Shown: piece by piece, positions 1 through 9,477 of the stretch
Layout of the letters: every line of letters starts with the position of its first letter
How positions within the stretch are numbered: the first letter of the stretch is position 1
Assembly: GCA_020845475.1 (NCBI GenBank)
Contig: JADLFN010000049.1
Coordinates: 3,062-67,061, forward strand
Source: Planctomycetota bacterium
GTDB taxonomy: Bacteria; Planctomycetota; UBA8742; UBA2392
Direction: 5' to 3'
DNA length: 64,000 nucleotides
Made by a program: the position numbers and the translations under genes
Notes under the pieces: model-generated
What the model was told of the DNA's origin: nothing
The model's database searches: none
Seen by the model: the letters and a program-made list of their open reading frames with translations, nothing else

Positions 1-241
1 TCTTGAAGCGCGCGTTGTCGGGCATGGCGGGCGGGCTGACGCCCTCAACGATGCGCCCGACCCAGAGCATGTCGGCATCGGTTACGTGCGCCCATTTGCG
101 CGCCAGCGAATCGAGGCCGGGACCGAGGTTGCGCGTGAATTCTTCGTCAGTGAGCTGCCTGAGCGCGGCTACATACTGCGCGCGCGCCCAGGCGTCGTAG
201 GTGAACTGGTGTTTGAGCGTGTCGAGTGCGGAAAGCGGCAT
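1..241 (-). CDS. DinB-family protein, partial (C-terminus runs off left window edge)
   Basis: Own translation of the minus strand from ATG at 241-239: MPLSALDTLKHQFTYDAWARAQYVAALRQLTDEEFTRNLGPGLDSLARKWAHVTDADMLWVGRIVEG. GGAGG lies about 8 nt upstream, 2 nt after the moaD stop. It is open at the edge, so it is absent from the ORF track. The helical W/H-rich pattern resembles the DinB family. Confidence 0.45.
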   Translation of the reverse strand, partial: MPLSALDTLKHQFTYDAWARAQYVAALRQLTDEEFTRNLGPGLDSLARKWAHVTDADMLWVGRIVEGVSPPAMPDNARFK

Positions 242-243
242 GG

Positions 244-486
244 CTATCCTCCGCTCACTGGTGGTATCAACGCCACCACGTCGCCTTCCTTGAGTTCCTG
301 ATCGTCGGGCGCGAACTCTTCGTTGATGGCAACGCGGCAATGCATGAACATTTCGAATTTGTAGTCATGCTTCAGCGTGCCGCGCAGGCATTGGGGCGTA
401 CAGCCTTGCGGCACGTCTCGCACTTCTTCGCGCTTGCCGAGTTTCTCGGCCACGTTGGCGAAATAGAGCAGGGTCACGCTGGGCAT
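244..486 (-). CDS. moaD: MoaD/ThiS-family sulfur carrier protein (molybdopterin synthase small subunit-like)
   Basis: 80 aa ending ...LKEGDVVALIPPVSGG, with the C-terminal Gly-Gly and the length typical of MoaD. Confidence 0.65.
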   Translation of the reverse strand: MPSVTLLYFANVAEKLGKREEVRDVPQGCTPQCLRGTLKHDYKFEMFMHCRVAINEEFAPDDQELKEGDVVALIPPVSGG

Positions 487-565
487 GGAGGCAGTCTAAC
501 GCCGATGCAGCGGGGAGCGAGACCTGGACTGTCTAAGTCCACATTCGCCGCTACAATCGTGCGCC

Positions 566-2650
566 ATGAGCCTGTTGCCGCAAATCGAAAAACATCTGTT
601 GCGCGTGCGCACGCCTGCCCAATACATGGGCGGCGAGGTGAACTCGATTGTGCGCGACTGGTCTGGAAAAACGCGCTTTGCGCTGTGCTTTCCGGACACC
701 TACGCGATTGGCATGAGCAATCAGGGCTTTCGGATTCTCTATCACCTGCTCAACGAACGTTACGACGATCTCGTGTGTGAGCGCGCCTTTGCGCCCTGGA
801 GCGACATGGAGCAGGTGCTGCGCGACCACGCGCTGCCGCTGTATTCACTTGAGAGCTATCACGCGCTGCGCGAGTTTGATTGCGTGGGTTTTTCCCTGCA
901 GAACGAAACCAGCTACTCCAACCTGCTCAACATGCTCGATCTCGGCGGCATTTCGCTGCGCAGCGAAGAGCGATTGCACAACGAGCCCGTCGTGATCGCG
1001 GGCGGCACCGGCGCCGTCACGCCTGAACCCCTTGCCGAGTTCGTTGATTGCTTCCTGCTGGGCGAAGGCGAAGAGGCCCTTCCGGCGTTCCTGCATCTGC
1101 TGGGCGTGTGGCGCGGTCGGCTTGAGCCCGAGGTGCTCGGGCAGTACCGGCCCGATGCCTCGTTTTCGAAGAAAGATGTACACGCGGCTGAACGGTTCAC
1201 GCTCGAATTCAAATGGATCGACGGCGCAAATGTAGAAGCATTGACGCGTCAAGAGTTCCTGCTGCTTTGCGCGCGCGTGATTCCCGGCTGCTATGTGCCC
1301 TCAATGTACGAGGTGCTTTATCACGAAGACGGCACGCTGGCCGCGATCACGCCGAAATTCGAGGGCGTGCCGCCGCGCGTGAAGAAAAATGCGCTGGGCA
1401 ACCTGAACACGGCGTTCTATCCCACGCGCCAGATTCTTCCCTATTGCGAAGTCGTGCAGGACCGCGTGACGATCGAAGTGATGCGCGGCTGTACCGAAGG
1501 CTGCCGTTATTGCCAGGCAGGCATGATCGACCGGCCCCAGCGTTACCGCACGCCGGAGACTGTGCTGCGTCTGGCGCGTGAGTTGGTGCAGAACACCGGC
1601 TACGACGAGATTTCGCTCCTGTCGCTTTCTTCGAGCGATCATCCGCAACTGCTGCGCATGATTGACGATTTGCAAAAAGAGTTCACGGGCAAGCACGTGA
1701 GTGTCGCGCTGCCCTCGCTTCGCATCAACGACCAACTCGAAAAACTGCCGGCGATCACCAAGAACGTGCGCAAAGGCGGCCTGACCATGGCGCCCGAAAC
1801 CGGCAGCGAACGCCTGCGCCGCGTGATCAACAAGATGATCACGCAGCAGGATCTCGTGAACGGCGCCAAAGCGGCCATCGAGAACGGATACACCACGATC
1901 AAGTTCTACATGATGCTGGGCCTGCCCACGGAGAACGAGCACGACATGCACGAGAGTGCGGCGTTGCTCAACGAGATTGCGCAGATGGCGCGGGCCATGG
2001 GCCGCAAGAACATGGACATCAACGTTACGGTCAGCATCTTCGTGCCCAAGAGTTTTACGCCGTTCCAATGGGAGCCCATGTGCGACCGTGCCACGATTGA
2101 AAAGCACGCCGCGCTGTTGCGCTCACTGATCAAACACAGGAACATCCGGCTGCGCATCGGCGATTTCCCCACGAGCTGGCTTGAAGCCGTGTTCTCGCGC
2201 GGCGACCGGCGGCTTGGCCGCGTAATCGAACTGGCCTGGCGTGCGGGCGCGCGTTTTGACGCCTGGGATGAAAAGTGCCGGCTTGATCTGTGGCATGAAG
2301 CCATGAAGCAGGCCGGGCTCAACGCGGACTTCTACATTCACCGCGAGCGTTCGCGTGATGAAGTCATGCCCTGGGACATGATCTCCGTGGGCACGAACAA
2401 GCGCACGCTCTGGGATGAGCGCGTTCGTTCGCGCCTTGAGGAATACACTAAAGATTGCAGCGGGCACTCACCCGGGTGCATCGCCTGCGGCGTGGATCCG
2501 CTGACTTGCCGCACGGGCATCGACGCGCCCGAAGATGACATGAGCGCCGGCATGGAGCGCCGCAAAAGCGTGCGCTACGCGCCCGAGTTCAAGGGCCGGC
2601 TGGCGCAGCGCGCCACGCTGGACGAAGTGGCGCAGCGCGTATTCAGGTGA
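566..2650 (+). CDS. Radical SAM protein, B12-binding-like N-terminal domain (TIGR03960-like family)
   Basis: 694 aa. N-terminus LRVRTPAQYMGGEVNS; radical SAM cluster motif CTEGCRYCQAG; long C-terminal extension. Confidence 0.75.
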   Translation: MSLLPQIEKHLLRVRTPAQYMGGEVNSIVRDWSGKTRFALCFPDTYAIGMSNQGFRILYHLLNERYDDLVCERAFAPWSDMEQVLRDHALPLYSLESYHALREFDCVGFSLQNETSYSNLLNMLDLGGISLRSEERLHNEPVVIAGGTGAVTPEPLAEFVDCFLLGEGEEALPAFLHLLGVWRGRLEPEVLGQYRPDASFSKKDVHAAERFTLEFKWIDGANVEALTRQEFLLLCARVIPGCYVPSMYEVLYHEDGTLAAITPKFEGVPPRVKKNALGNLNTAFYPTRQILPYCEVVQDRVTIEVMRGCTEGCRYCQAGMIDRPQRYRTPETVLRLARELVQNTGYDEISLLSLSSSDHPQLLRMIDDLQKEFTGKHVSVALPSLRINDQLEKLPAITKNVRKGGLTMAPETGSERLRRVINKMITQQDLVNGAKAAIENGYTTIKFYMMLGLPTENEHDMHESAALLNEIAQMARAMGRKNMDINVTVSIFVPKSFTPFQWEPMCDRATIEKHAALLRSLIKHRNIRLRIGDFPTSWLEAVFSRGDRRLGRVIELAWRAGARFDAWDEKCRLDLWHEAMKQAGLNADFYIHRERSRDEVMPWDMISVGTNKRTLWDERVRSRLEEYTKDCSGHSPGCIACGVDPLTCRTGIDAPEDDMSAGMERRKSVRYAPEFKGRLAQRATLDEVAQRVFR

Positions 2651-3001
2651 TCATTCTTTCGAGGGAAACAGCCATTCCATGATCTGGCGCGTGAGCGTCA
2701 GTTCAATTTTTGTTTCGTCGCGGTAGGGGTGCGTTTTGCCCAGATTGTTGAGCTCGTCGACGAGTTTCTGGGCGTCGAACTTTCCAAAGGGTCCGCCTGC
2801 GTGCACTTCGGCGCCCTCGGCAAAGGTCTCGGCCTCCGCAGCGCCGCAGCCAAAGCAGTGCACACCGTGCGTTTTGTAAAACTTGCGCAGTTCCTCGTGG
2901 TCAATCAGGTTTTCCGCAAGCGCGATGGGATCAGTGAGCTTGAGCGGCAGCGATGGCTTGCGCTCGATGTCGTCAGGAGTTTGCGTGGATGAATCGGCCA
3001 T
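2651..3001 (-). CDS. DUF1858 / hybrid-cluster-protein-associated redox disulfide domain protein
   Basis: 116 aa with THGVHCFGCGAAEAETFAEGAEVHG, the typical CxxC core of this small domain. Confidence 0.55.
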   Translation of the reverse strand: MADSSTQTPDDIERKPSLPLKLTDPIALAENLIDHEELRKFYKTHGVHCFGCGAAEAETFAEGAEVHAGGPFGKFDAQKLVDELNNLGKTHPYRDETKIELTLTRQIMEWLFPSKE

Positions 3002-3061
3002 AGGGGAATTGTCGATTGTTGATTGCCCCTTGTCGATTCGAAACAGGAGATCAATCGAAAA

Positions 3062-3775
3062 TCAAAACAGCCGCCACTTCAGCAGTTCCCAGAGCGCCCA
3101 AAAGCCGTCCATGGGACGGATCTTCTTGCCTTCCTCAATGCTGCGGGGGTGATAGCGGATCGGCACCTCAATGATGCGCTTGCCCGCGCGCAGCACCTTG
3201 GCTGTGACCTCGGGGCAGAACTCGAAGCCCGTGCAGGTGAGTGGAATCTTGCGCAGCATCGGCCCGCGGAAAAGCTTGTAGCAGGTGGGTTCGTCGCTCA
3301 GGTGTGAGCCATAAAGCAGGTTCGTGACCGCCGTGACCAGCCTTCCCCCGTAGAAGAACTTGGCCTGGCCGCGCTTGTCGGGCCCGTGGACACGCGAGCC
3401 ATACACGACATCGGCTTCACCCGCGACCATGGGCGCAAGCAGCTTGGGGTAGTCTTCCGGTTCGTACTCCAGGTCTGCGTCCTGGATAATCACGTACTCG
3501 CCTGTTGACGCGTCAATACCCGCGCGCACGGCGCTGCCCTTGCCGCCGTTTTCCTTGGTAATCACGCGCACGGTCATGCCCGCATGCGCCTTCTTGGCCC
3601 AGTCGCGCACAGCCTCCGCGGTGCCATCGCGCGAACCGTCATCGACCACAACCAGTTCAATATGAAGGCCGATGCGCAACGCCTCTATGCGGTCAAGGAT
3701 GCGCGAAATCGTGGCGGCTTCGTTGTAAGCGGGCACGACCACTGAAAGCGTCTCGCGCTTAGCGGCTTCAATCAT
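3062..3775 (-). CDS. Family 2 glycosyltransferase (polyprenol-phosphate sugar transferase-like)
   Basis: LSVVVPAYNEAATI...VVVDDGSRDGT...IQDADLEYEPEDY, classic GT2 N-terminal motifs. Confidence 0.8.
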   Translation of the reverse strand: MIEAAKRETLSVVVPAYNEAATISRILDRIEALRIGLHIELVVVDDGSRDGTAEAVRDWAKKAHAGMTVRVITKENGGKGSAVRAGIDASTGEYVIIQDADLEYEPEDYPKLLAPMVAGEADVVYGSRVHGPDKRGQAKFFYGGRLVTAVTNLLYGSHLSDEPTCYKLFRGPMLRKIPLTCTGFEFCPEVTAKVLRAGKRIIEVPIRYHPRSIEEGKKIRPMDGFWALWELLKWRLF

Positions 3776-3790
3776 GGGCGGGGATACTGC

Positions 3791-3825
3791 AATTCAAAAT
3801 ACAGAATTCAAAATTCAAAATGGTA
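3791..3825. repeat. Heptamer-periodic tandem tract (aattcaa aatacag aattcaa aattcaa aatggta)
   Basis: Read directly. The 7-nt unit repeats 5 times in the intergenic gap between two minus-strand genes, next to a terminator hairpin. Confidence 0.7.
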
Positions 3826-3831
3826 AAAGCC

Positions 3832-3845
3832 GGCGGACGTCCGCC
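3832..3845 (-). terminator. Putative intrinsic terminator of the 3877..4638 gene
   Basis: Perfect palindrome ggcggacgtccgcc about 30 nt past the stop. On the minus strand it is followed by GGCTTTTACCATTTTG (T-rich). Confidence 0.5.
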
Positions 3846-3876
3846 TTGGGTTGCTGTCTGAGCTTGTCGTATTGAA

Positions 3877-4638
3877 TCAGATCAGCCGGCAGACGATGCG
3901 GGCTTCCAGCGGATCTCGGGCGCGCTCATCTACTCCGCGCAAGAGTTCCATGATGTCGAAGCCGCGCATGGCCAACACCTGGGTTTCGCAGCCGGGCAGG
4001 CGTTCAAGGAACCCAAATGCATCGCCGGGCGCCTGAATGAAACCCTCGGCGCGCGAATAGCGCGCGTACAGTCGGGCATGGGCCGCAATAAAGTGAGAGG
4101 TGCGCACGGCTGGGTTCTCAATCACCAGCCCCGCGCACATGGAGCCGGGGTAATTGCCGTTGAACGCAAGCGTGGCCTGCACGGCGCCGGTGCCGGCGTG
4201 GGGCGCCGCGGCGGCCAGGGCTTCCATGGCACGCCCGCCAGTGACGCAAAAGCGCACGCTCGAAATGCGCAGTTCGCGATTGTCGCGCGATTCAAGGCGT
4301 TTGCCCAGGGCGCGCCCTGCGAGCGTGTTGGTGGCCGCAAGATACTCGGCGATTTTCTGCCGGCCAATGCGCCAGGCCAGATCGTCGAGCAAAAACAGGC
4401 ATGTCAGAAGCACGCTTTCTCCCTGGCGTGCGGCTTTGCCTACTTCATAGGCGGAGGAGCGGCCTTCAACGTGGCCAACACACAAAGCGCGATTATTGCG
4501 CTCGAGCCGGTCGCACAGATAGCTGACAAAGCGCCTCGCCTCAAAGCTGGCGTCGCGCGCGGGTGAGCGGCGCAAGGCCTGTTCAAACTGGCGCGAGAGA
4601 CGCGCGGAGGCAACGGCATCAACGACGAGCGTGGACAT
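3877..4638 (-). CDS. Hypothetical protein
   Basis: 253-aa ORF in a coding-like frame with no family recognised. The overlapping plus-strand ORFs look like GC artefacts. Confidence 0.5.
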   Translation of the reverse strand: MSTLVVDAVASARLSRQFEQALRRSPARDASFEARRFVSYLCDRLERNNRALCVGHVEGRSSAYEVGKAARQGESVLLTCLFLLDDLAWRIGRQKIAEYLAATNTLAGRALGKRLESRDNRELRISSVRFCVTGGRAMEALAAAAPHAGTGAVQATLAFNGNYPGSMCAGLVIENPAVRTSHFIAAHARLYARYSRAEGFIQAPGDAFGFLERLPGCETQVLAMRGFDIMELLRGVDERARDPLEARIVCRLI

Positions 4639-4664
4639 GCGAGAGTCCTTGCCGGGAGTGGTGT

Positions 4665-5402
4665 TTACTTGCTGCGCAGAATGGAGACTGCGACCGGGTC
4701 ATCGGGCGTTTCACACACGAGGCGCAACTCGCCATCCTCCAGCGCGAAGATGCGCGAGGCCGAACCGGATTTCTGCTGCCACACGGTGAACACTTCCTGT
4801 GAGCCATCGCCATCGACGTCGCGGGCGAACAGCCCAAGCAAAACCTCGCCGCGAGGTGCCGCATAGGAGGCAACGGCGCTGGCGCCGGGTTGGCCCGCCG
4901 CAAACACGCTGATGGTGGTGCAGAAGTCCTCCCCGACGCTGGCTGTGCAGTATGCGCCGGCGGGGAACACCTTGCGGTCAGATTGAAGCAGCGTGATGCG
5001 CACGGCGCTTTCTTCCGGCATCGTGCGAGCGGCAATGTCCTCGATCGGTGCAGGCTCGGCCTTGGCCACCGGCGCAGCGATGGGTTGCGTGCTGACAACG
5101 AGCGGAATCTTGATCGTGGTGCCGCTGGTGAGCGCGTCGCCCTCTTTGAGGTTGTTGGCGTGGGCGATTTCGGTCCAGCGACGGCCATTGCCGTAGAAAC
5201 GGTCGGCCAGGCCCCAGAGCGTGTCGCCGGGCTGAACGCGGTAAACGATTTCGCGCCGCTGCAAATCCACGCTGACCTGCGCGTATTGCTCGGGCGTGGC
5301 GGCGCTGGCGTCGGTCATGCGATCGAGGCCGAGCTTGACCAGCATGACTGTGGCGACGAGTACCACGAAGCCGACGAGCAGCGTGAGGATGTTGTTGCGC
5401 AT
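4665..5402 (-). CDS. LysM domain-containing membrane-anchored protein
   Basis: LysM motif YRVQPGDTLWGLADRFYGNGRRWTEIAHANNL...IKIP. TM helix ILTLLVGFVVLVATVMLV follows the internal Met at 5402. The ORF track extends it to 5540, but that extension is Arg/Thr-rich and unlikely to be real. Confidence 0.7.
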   Translation of the reverse strand: MRNNILTLLVGFVVLVATVMLVKLGLDRMTDASAATPEQYAQVSVDLQRREIVYRVQPGDTLWGLADRFYGNGRRWTEIAHANNLKEGDALTSGTTIKIPLVVSTQPIAAPVAKAEPAPIEDIAARTMPEESAVRITLLQSDRKVFPAGAYCTASVGEDFCTTISVFAAGQPGASAVASYAAPRGEVLLGLFARDVDGDGSQEVFTVWQQKSGSASRIFALEDGELRLVCETPDDPVAVSILRSK

Positions 5403-5653
5403 GGAATTCCTGGAAGTTGGAGGAGTCTCCGCCGTTGGGCGGTGTGTCAGTTCCTCATCGGCGAATCGAAGCGTGTAAGTTGAAAGATTCTCTGCATGTT
5501 TCTGCTCGCGCGCTTGCGCGACACACTTCGTGCAGGGCAACGCAACGGGCGCGGCTGATAAGCCGCGCTTGGTTGCGTGAGCTGAGAATTAAAGGCCCGG
5601 GCGGATGGGAGAAAAGGAAGACGGGAGCAGGAGGGGATCCGCCCGGGTCTGTG

Positions 5654-6025
5654 TTATGCGTTGATGATGTTCTGGAGCTTGAGCACTTCGGCGATGACGA
5701 GATCTGTGGCGTCGTCAAGGTGGGCGTGTTCAACGGGGGCATCGGCATACACGGCTTCAAAGCCGTGAATTGCCTGAAGGTTGAGGAACGCCTGGTTGAA
5801 AATCGCGTTCGCCTGCGAAATCAGCGATTGAGCAAGCAGGCTTTCGGAATTCAGGCCGGAGTCAACGATTGCACGGTAAGCGTTGATGTGCGCGAAGACG
5901 TCGTCGATGCGAACGCGCACCTGCGCGCTCAGCTTGGCGGGCTCCTGACGTCCGCTGGGAGCCTGGCCCCAGTCGATGTTGAGAAGGCGTTCAGAAACCT
6001 GCTTGTCCGTTTTGACGGTGGACAT
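5654..6025 (-). CDS. Hypothetical protein (123 aa, helical)
   Basis: ORF adjacent to an AT-rich divergent promoter region. No family recognised. Confidence 0.45.
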   Translation of the reverse strand: MSTVKTDKQVSERLLNIDWGQAPSGRQEPAKLSAQVRVRIDDVFAHINAYRAIVDSGLNSESLLAQSLISQANAIFNQAFLNLQAIHGFEAVYADAPVEHAHLDDATDLVIAEVLKLQNIINA

Positions 6026-6226
6026 GATGAACTCCAGATTGGCGAATAGAGAGAGGCGGCATTGTGTGTCGCCAAAGGAGATATACTCCGTGCTTTACGA
6101 ATCGTCAATTACGACTCAAATAGCGTTCGAATATGAACTTCCGATAAAAGGCTAGATCATGCAAGCGCTCGTGGATGGATTTCGAATGACCACAACCTAT
6201 TGGGTAGCGACAATCCAGACGAAACC

Positions 6227-6242
6227 ATGAAAATATTTTCAT
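6227..6242. promoter_or_regulatory. Perfect 16-bp palindrome ATGAAAATATTTTCAT in an AT-rich divergent intergenic region (candidate operator)
   Basis: Read directly. It lies within the roughly 360-nt AT-rich gap between divergent genes 5654..6025(-) and 6390..6566(+). Confidence 0.4.
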
Positions 6243-6389
6243 TTTTCAGGACGCATCGTTTTGCGGCGCCACCTGCGTTCGGTTTTTCCGGCCGGATTCC
6301 GGGAATTAACTCAAGTTGTGCTGGCGCGACGCATGGTTGACGTTGTGCGCGAGGCTGCTACCATTCCCGCCCTCAAAAAGGAGCAAGTC

Positions 6390-6566
6390 ATGTCGCGTCA
6401 CGCTTCACTGAAAGTCAGCGCCCTCACCACCGCAAACCGCAGCGTGCTCAAGCGCCAGGAACGCATCAATCAGCTTACCGTCGAGCGCCGCTGGAAAGAC
6501 GGCGACGACGTTACCGGCCTGCCCAAAACCAAAGTCCACGGCAAGGTCAAAGCCAAGAAGGCCTAG
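6390..6566 (+). CDS. Small basic protein (PVC-type small basic protein family, TIGR04137-like)
   Basis: 58 aa, MSRHASLKVSALTTANRSVLKRQERINQLTVERRWKDGDDVTGLPKTKV... AGGAG lies 6 nt upstream of ATG 6390. The ORF-track start at 6261 is an unlikely extension. Confidence 0.65.
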   Translation: MSRHASLKVSALTTANRSVLKRQERINQLTVERRWKDGDDVTGLPKTKVHGKVKAKKA

Positions 6567-6584
6567 TCAAACGAACCAGCCAAA

Positions 6585-6609
6585 AGGCGGGCTTCGGCCC
6601 GCCTTTTTT
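6585..6609 (+). terminator. Rho-independent terminator
   Basis: Stem ggcgggc / gcccgcc with loop ttcg, followed by TTTTTT, 19 nt after the stop of the small basic protein. Confidence 0.8.
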
Positions 6610-6683
6610 CGTGTGAGCTCAACGTGACGATTGAACTGTTTCAAACGCTTGGCCTTGCGCTCGCGTGGCGCTAACCTTGGCGC

Positions 6684-7796
6684 GTGGCTGATCCCTTCAA
6701 ACTTGCTGATCGCATTCACCTGCTGCAGCCCAGCGGCATTCGCAAGTTTTTTGAGCTTGGCCAGTCGATGAAGAATCCCATCGACCTCTCCATCGGCCAG
6801 CCTGATTTCGATGTGCCCGACCTTGTCAAAGACGCCGCTGTCAACGCCATCCGTTCCGGCAAAAACCGCTACACCGTCACGCAGGGCATTGAGCCTTTGC
6901 GCAAGGCGCTCAAGGAGCGCTACGCCAAACGTTTCAAGGGCGTTGAGGAAGAAGACGTGATCGTGACGGCGGGCGTGGGCGGTGCGCTGTTGCTCAGCTT
7001 CTTCGCGCTGCTCAATCCCGGCGACGAAGTGCTGATTCCTGATCCGTACTTCGTGATGTACCGCCACCTCGCTTCGCTCGTCGGCGCGCGTGCCGTTACG
7101 TTTGATACCTACCCGGATTTTCGCGTCACAGCCGCGCGCATTGCGCCCTTCATTACCTCCAAAACGCGCGCGATCGTGATCAACAGTCCGAGCAATCCCA
7201 CGGGCGCAACGCTGAGCGAGCAGGATGCGCGCGAGATTGCAGCGCTGGCGGAGAAGCACGGGCTCGTGATCATCAGCGACGAGATTTACGAAGAATTCAT
7301 CTACGAAGGCCGCCACGTAAGCTGCCGGGAGTTCACGGGCAATTGCATCGTGCTCAGCGGCGCGAGCAAAAGCATGGGCATGCCCGGCTGGCGCATGGGC
7401 TGGATGCTGGGGCCGCGCGAGTTCATAGAGCGCTGCTACATCGTGCAGCAGTTCACGTTTGTGTGTGCGCCGAGCATGGCGCAGCACGGCGTGCTTGCGG
7501 GGCTTAACGCGGACTTCACGCGGCATCTTTCCGACTATCGGCGCAAACGAGAGATTGTGTGCGCCGGCCTCTCGAAAAAATACGCGATGCAAAAGCCGGG
7601 CGGCGCGTTTTACGCTTTCCCCAGGTTGCCCGATGGTGTCAAGGCGGACGAGTTCATAAAGGCTTGCATTGCGCGTGAGTTGCTTGTGGTTCCTGGCGGC
7701 GCGTGCTCAACGCGCGACACGCACGTGAGAATCAGCTATGCCGCGCCGGACGAGAAGTTGGTGAAGGCTGTGAGCATTTTGAACGAACTTGCCTGA
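6684..7796 (+). CDS. Pyridoxal-phosphate-dependent aminotransferase, class I (aspartate aminotransferase-like)
   Basis: 370 aa, GTG start. Contains LLQPSGIRKFFEL, NSPSNPTG, and the PLP-lysine region SGASKSMGMPGWRMGW. Confidence 0.85.
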   Translation: MADPFKLADRIHLLQPSGIRKFFELGQSMKNPIDLSIGQPDFDVPDLVKDAAVNAIRSGKNRYTVTQGIEPLRKALKERYAKRFKGVEEEDVIVTAGVGGALLLSFFALLNPGDEVLIPDPYFVMYRHLASLVGARAVTFDTYPDFRVTAARIAPFITSKTRAIVINSPSNPTGATLSEQDAREIAALAEKHGLVIISDEIYEEFIYEGRHVSCREFTGNCIVLSGASKSMGMPGWRMGWMLGPREFIERCYIVQQFTFVCAPSMAQHGVLAGLNADFTRHLSDYRRKREIVCAGLSKKYAMQKPGGAFYAFPRLPDGVKADEFIKACIARELLVVPGGACSTRDTHVRISYAAPDEKLVKAVSILNELA

Positions 7797-7806
7797 AGCG
7801 CAGTCC

Positions 7807-7890
7807 GATTTTGGACTTTTGATTCTGGATTTTGGATTGGAGCGCAATCGCGCCAACCCGTTTTGCAGTTCAATCGAAAATCCAAAATGA
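7807..7890. repeat. Heptamer-periodic inverted-repeat element (arms 7807..7841 and 7862..7890)
   Basis: Arm 1 is gattttg gactttt gattctg gattttg gattgga. Arm 2, cagttca atcgaaa atccaaa atgaggt, is its imperfect reverse complement, with a spacer of about 20 nt. Confidence 0.75.
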
Positions 7891-7897
7891 GGTGCGT

Positions 7898-9466
7898 GTG
7901 CCGACATACGGCGTCATAGACATGGGCAGCAACGCGATCAAAGTGAAGATCGCGCGTTGCGAGCCGCCGGGACTGATTGAAACGCTCTGCGATGAGCGCG
8001 AGGCTGTGCGCGTGGGTGCGGGCGTGTTTCGCGGCAAGCCAATTCCGCGCGAGACGATCCACGCCATTGTCGAGGTCCTTTCGCGCTTCAAGAAATTGTT
8101 CGAGAGCCACAAGGTGGAGCGTTTCCGCGCCGTGGCCACCAGCGCCATGCGCGAGGCTCCCAATCGCCACTCGTTGATCCAGGAAATCCAGGAGCGCACG
8201 GGCATCACGCTCGAAGTCATCTCCGGCAGCGAAGAGGCGCGCCTGATCCAGGTCGGCACTTCACTGGATGTCAATGCCGCGCGCGGCTCGGTGTTGTTCA
8301 TCGACATTGGCGGCGGCTCATGCGAGCTTTCGGTTCGCGAAAACGGCGAACTCAAGGAGTTGTGTTCGCTGGCGTTGGGCGCGGTGCGTTTGACCGAGAA
8401 CTTCATCAGCACCGACCCCATCAGCGCGGCCGAACACCGCAAGCTCAAGGACTTCATCTATTCCGAATTGCGCAACAACATGGGCACTCTGGCGCGGCGC
8501 AGTTTCGAACTTGCGATTGGCACGGCGGGCACGATCAATGCCATCTGCGAGTCAATCCTGGAGCAGCGCGAGAGATACGCCAGCTCAACGCCCGGCGCCG
8601 TGCGCTATACCGCAATCTCGGATTTTCACCGGCGCATGCGCGAACTGGCTCTGCACGAGCGTAAAGAGTTGCCCGCGCTCAGGTCCAACCGTGCCGATAT
8701 CATCGTGGCGGGCGCGGCTGTGCTCAAATATGTGCTCAAGATGTTTCACGTCGCGGCCATTCGCCCCTCCAAACGCGGGCTGCGCGATGGCGTGTTGCTC
8801 GATCTGCTGCTGCGTAACGCCCAGGATGCGCGGCTTGAGCGCGAGTTCCACCGCGCACGGCGGGACAGCTTGGTTCAATTCGGCGATCGATTCAATGTGC
8901 CGCGTGCGCACACCGACCATGTGACCAAGCTGGCGCTGTCTCTGTTCGATCAGTTGCGTGAGATACACAAGTTGAGCGAGAGTGAGCGCGGGCTGCTCGA
9001 AGCTGCGGGGCTGCTGCACGAAGTCGGGCGCGCCGTCAGTTATGGCTCGATGCACAAGCACAGTTACTACATCATCAAGAACGCGGAGCTCACGGGTTTC
9101 ACGCAGGACGAGATATCCGTTGTGGCCAACATCGCGCGCTATCACCGGCGCAGCGAGCCCAGCCCGCGCCATGAGAATTTTTCCACGCTCAGCCCCAGGC
9201 AGCGCATCGTGGTGCGCTGGCTGGCCGGCATCTTGCGCGTGACGGACGGTCTTGACCGCCACCACGACGCACGCGTGCGTGACTTGAAAGTGCGCGTCAC
9301 GCCCCGAGCCATCGCGCTTGACCTCGAGAACGAATACGAAGCCGAGCTCGAAATCTGGTCGAGCCAACGCAAGGCGAAGTTGCTGAGCGAGATCGCCGAG
9401 CGGCGCATTGATTACCACGAAAAGAGCGCGCCGGAACGCAAGGTTCCGGCGCTGCGCATAACGTAA
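7898..9466 (+). CDS. ppx: Ppx/GppA family phosphatase (exopolyphosphatase) with C-terminal HD domain
   Basis: YGVIDMGSNAIKVKIA, DIGGGSCEL, GTAGTINA, and HD region LLHEVGRAVSYGSMHKHSYY. A GTG at 7898 preceded by GAGG is the likely start; the ORF track begins at 7832. Confidence 0.8.
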   Translation: MPTYGVIDMGSNAIKVKIARCEPPGLIETLCDEREAVRVGAGVFRGKPIPRETIHAIVEVLSRFKKLFESHKVERFRAVATSAMREAPNRHSLIQEIQERTGITLEVISGSEEARLIQVGTSLDVNAARGSVLFIDIGGGSCELSVRENGELKELCSLALGAVRLTENFISTDPISAAEHRKLKDFIYSELRNNMGTLARRSFELAIGTAGTINAICESILEQRERYASSTPGAVRYTAISDFHRRMRELALHERKELPALRSNRADIIVAGAAVLKYVLKMFHVAAIRPSKRGLRDGVLLDLLLRNAQDARLEREFHRARRDSLVQFGDRFNVPRAHTDHVTKLALSLFDQLREIHKLSESERGLLEAAGLLHEVGRAVSYGSMHKHSYYIIKNAELTGFTQDEISVVANIARYHRRSEPSPRHENFSTLSPRQRIVVRWLAGILRVTDGLDRHHDARVRDLKVRVTPRAIALDLENEYEAELEIWSSQRKAKLLSEIAERRIDYHEKSAPERKVPALRIT

Positions 9467-9477
9467 GTGCGGAGTGC

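Noticed and set aside
6567-7592. 341-aa minus-strand ORF antisense to the aminotransferase gene
   Set aside because: Arg/Ala/His-rich composition with no recognisable motif. It lies fully opposite a gene with clear class I aminotransferase motifs, which is the typical high-GC antisense artefact.
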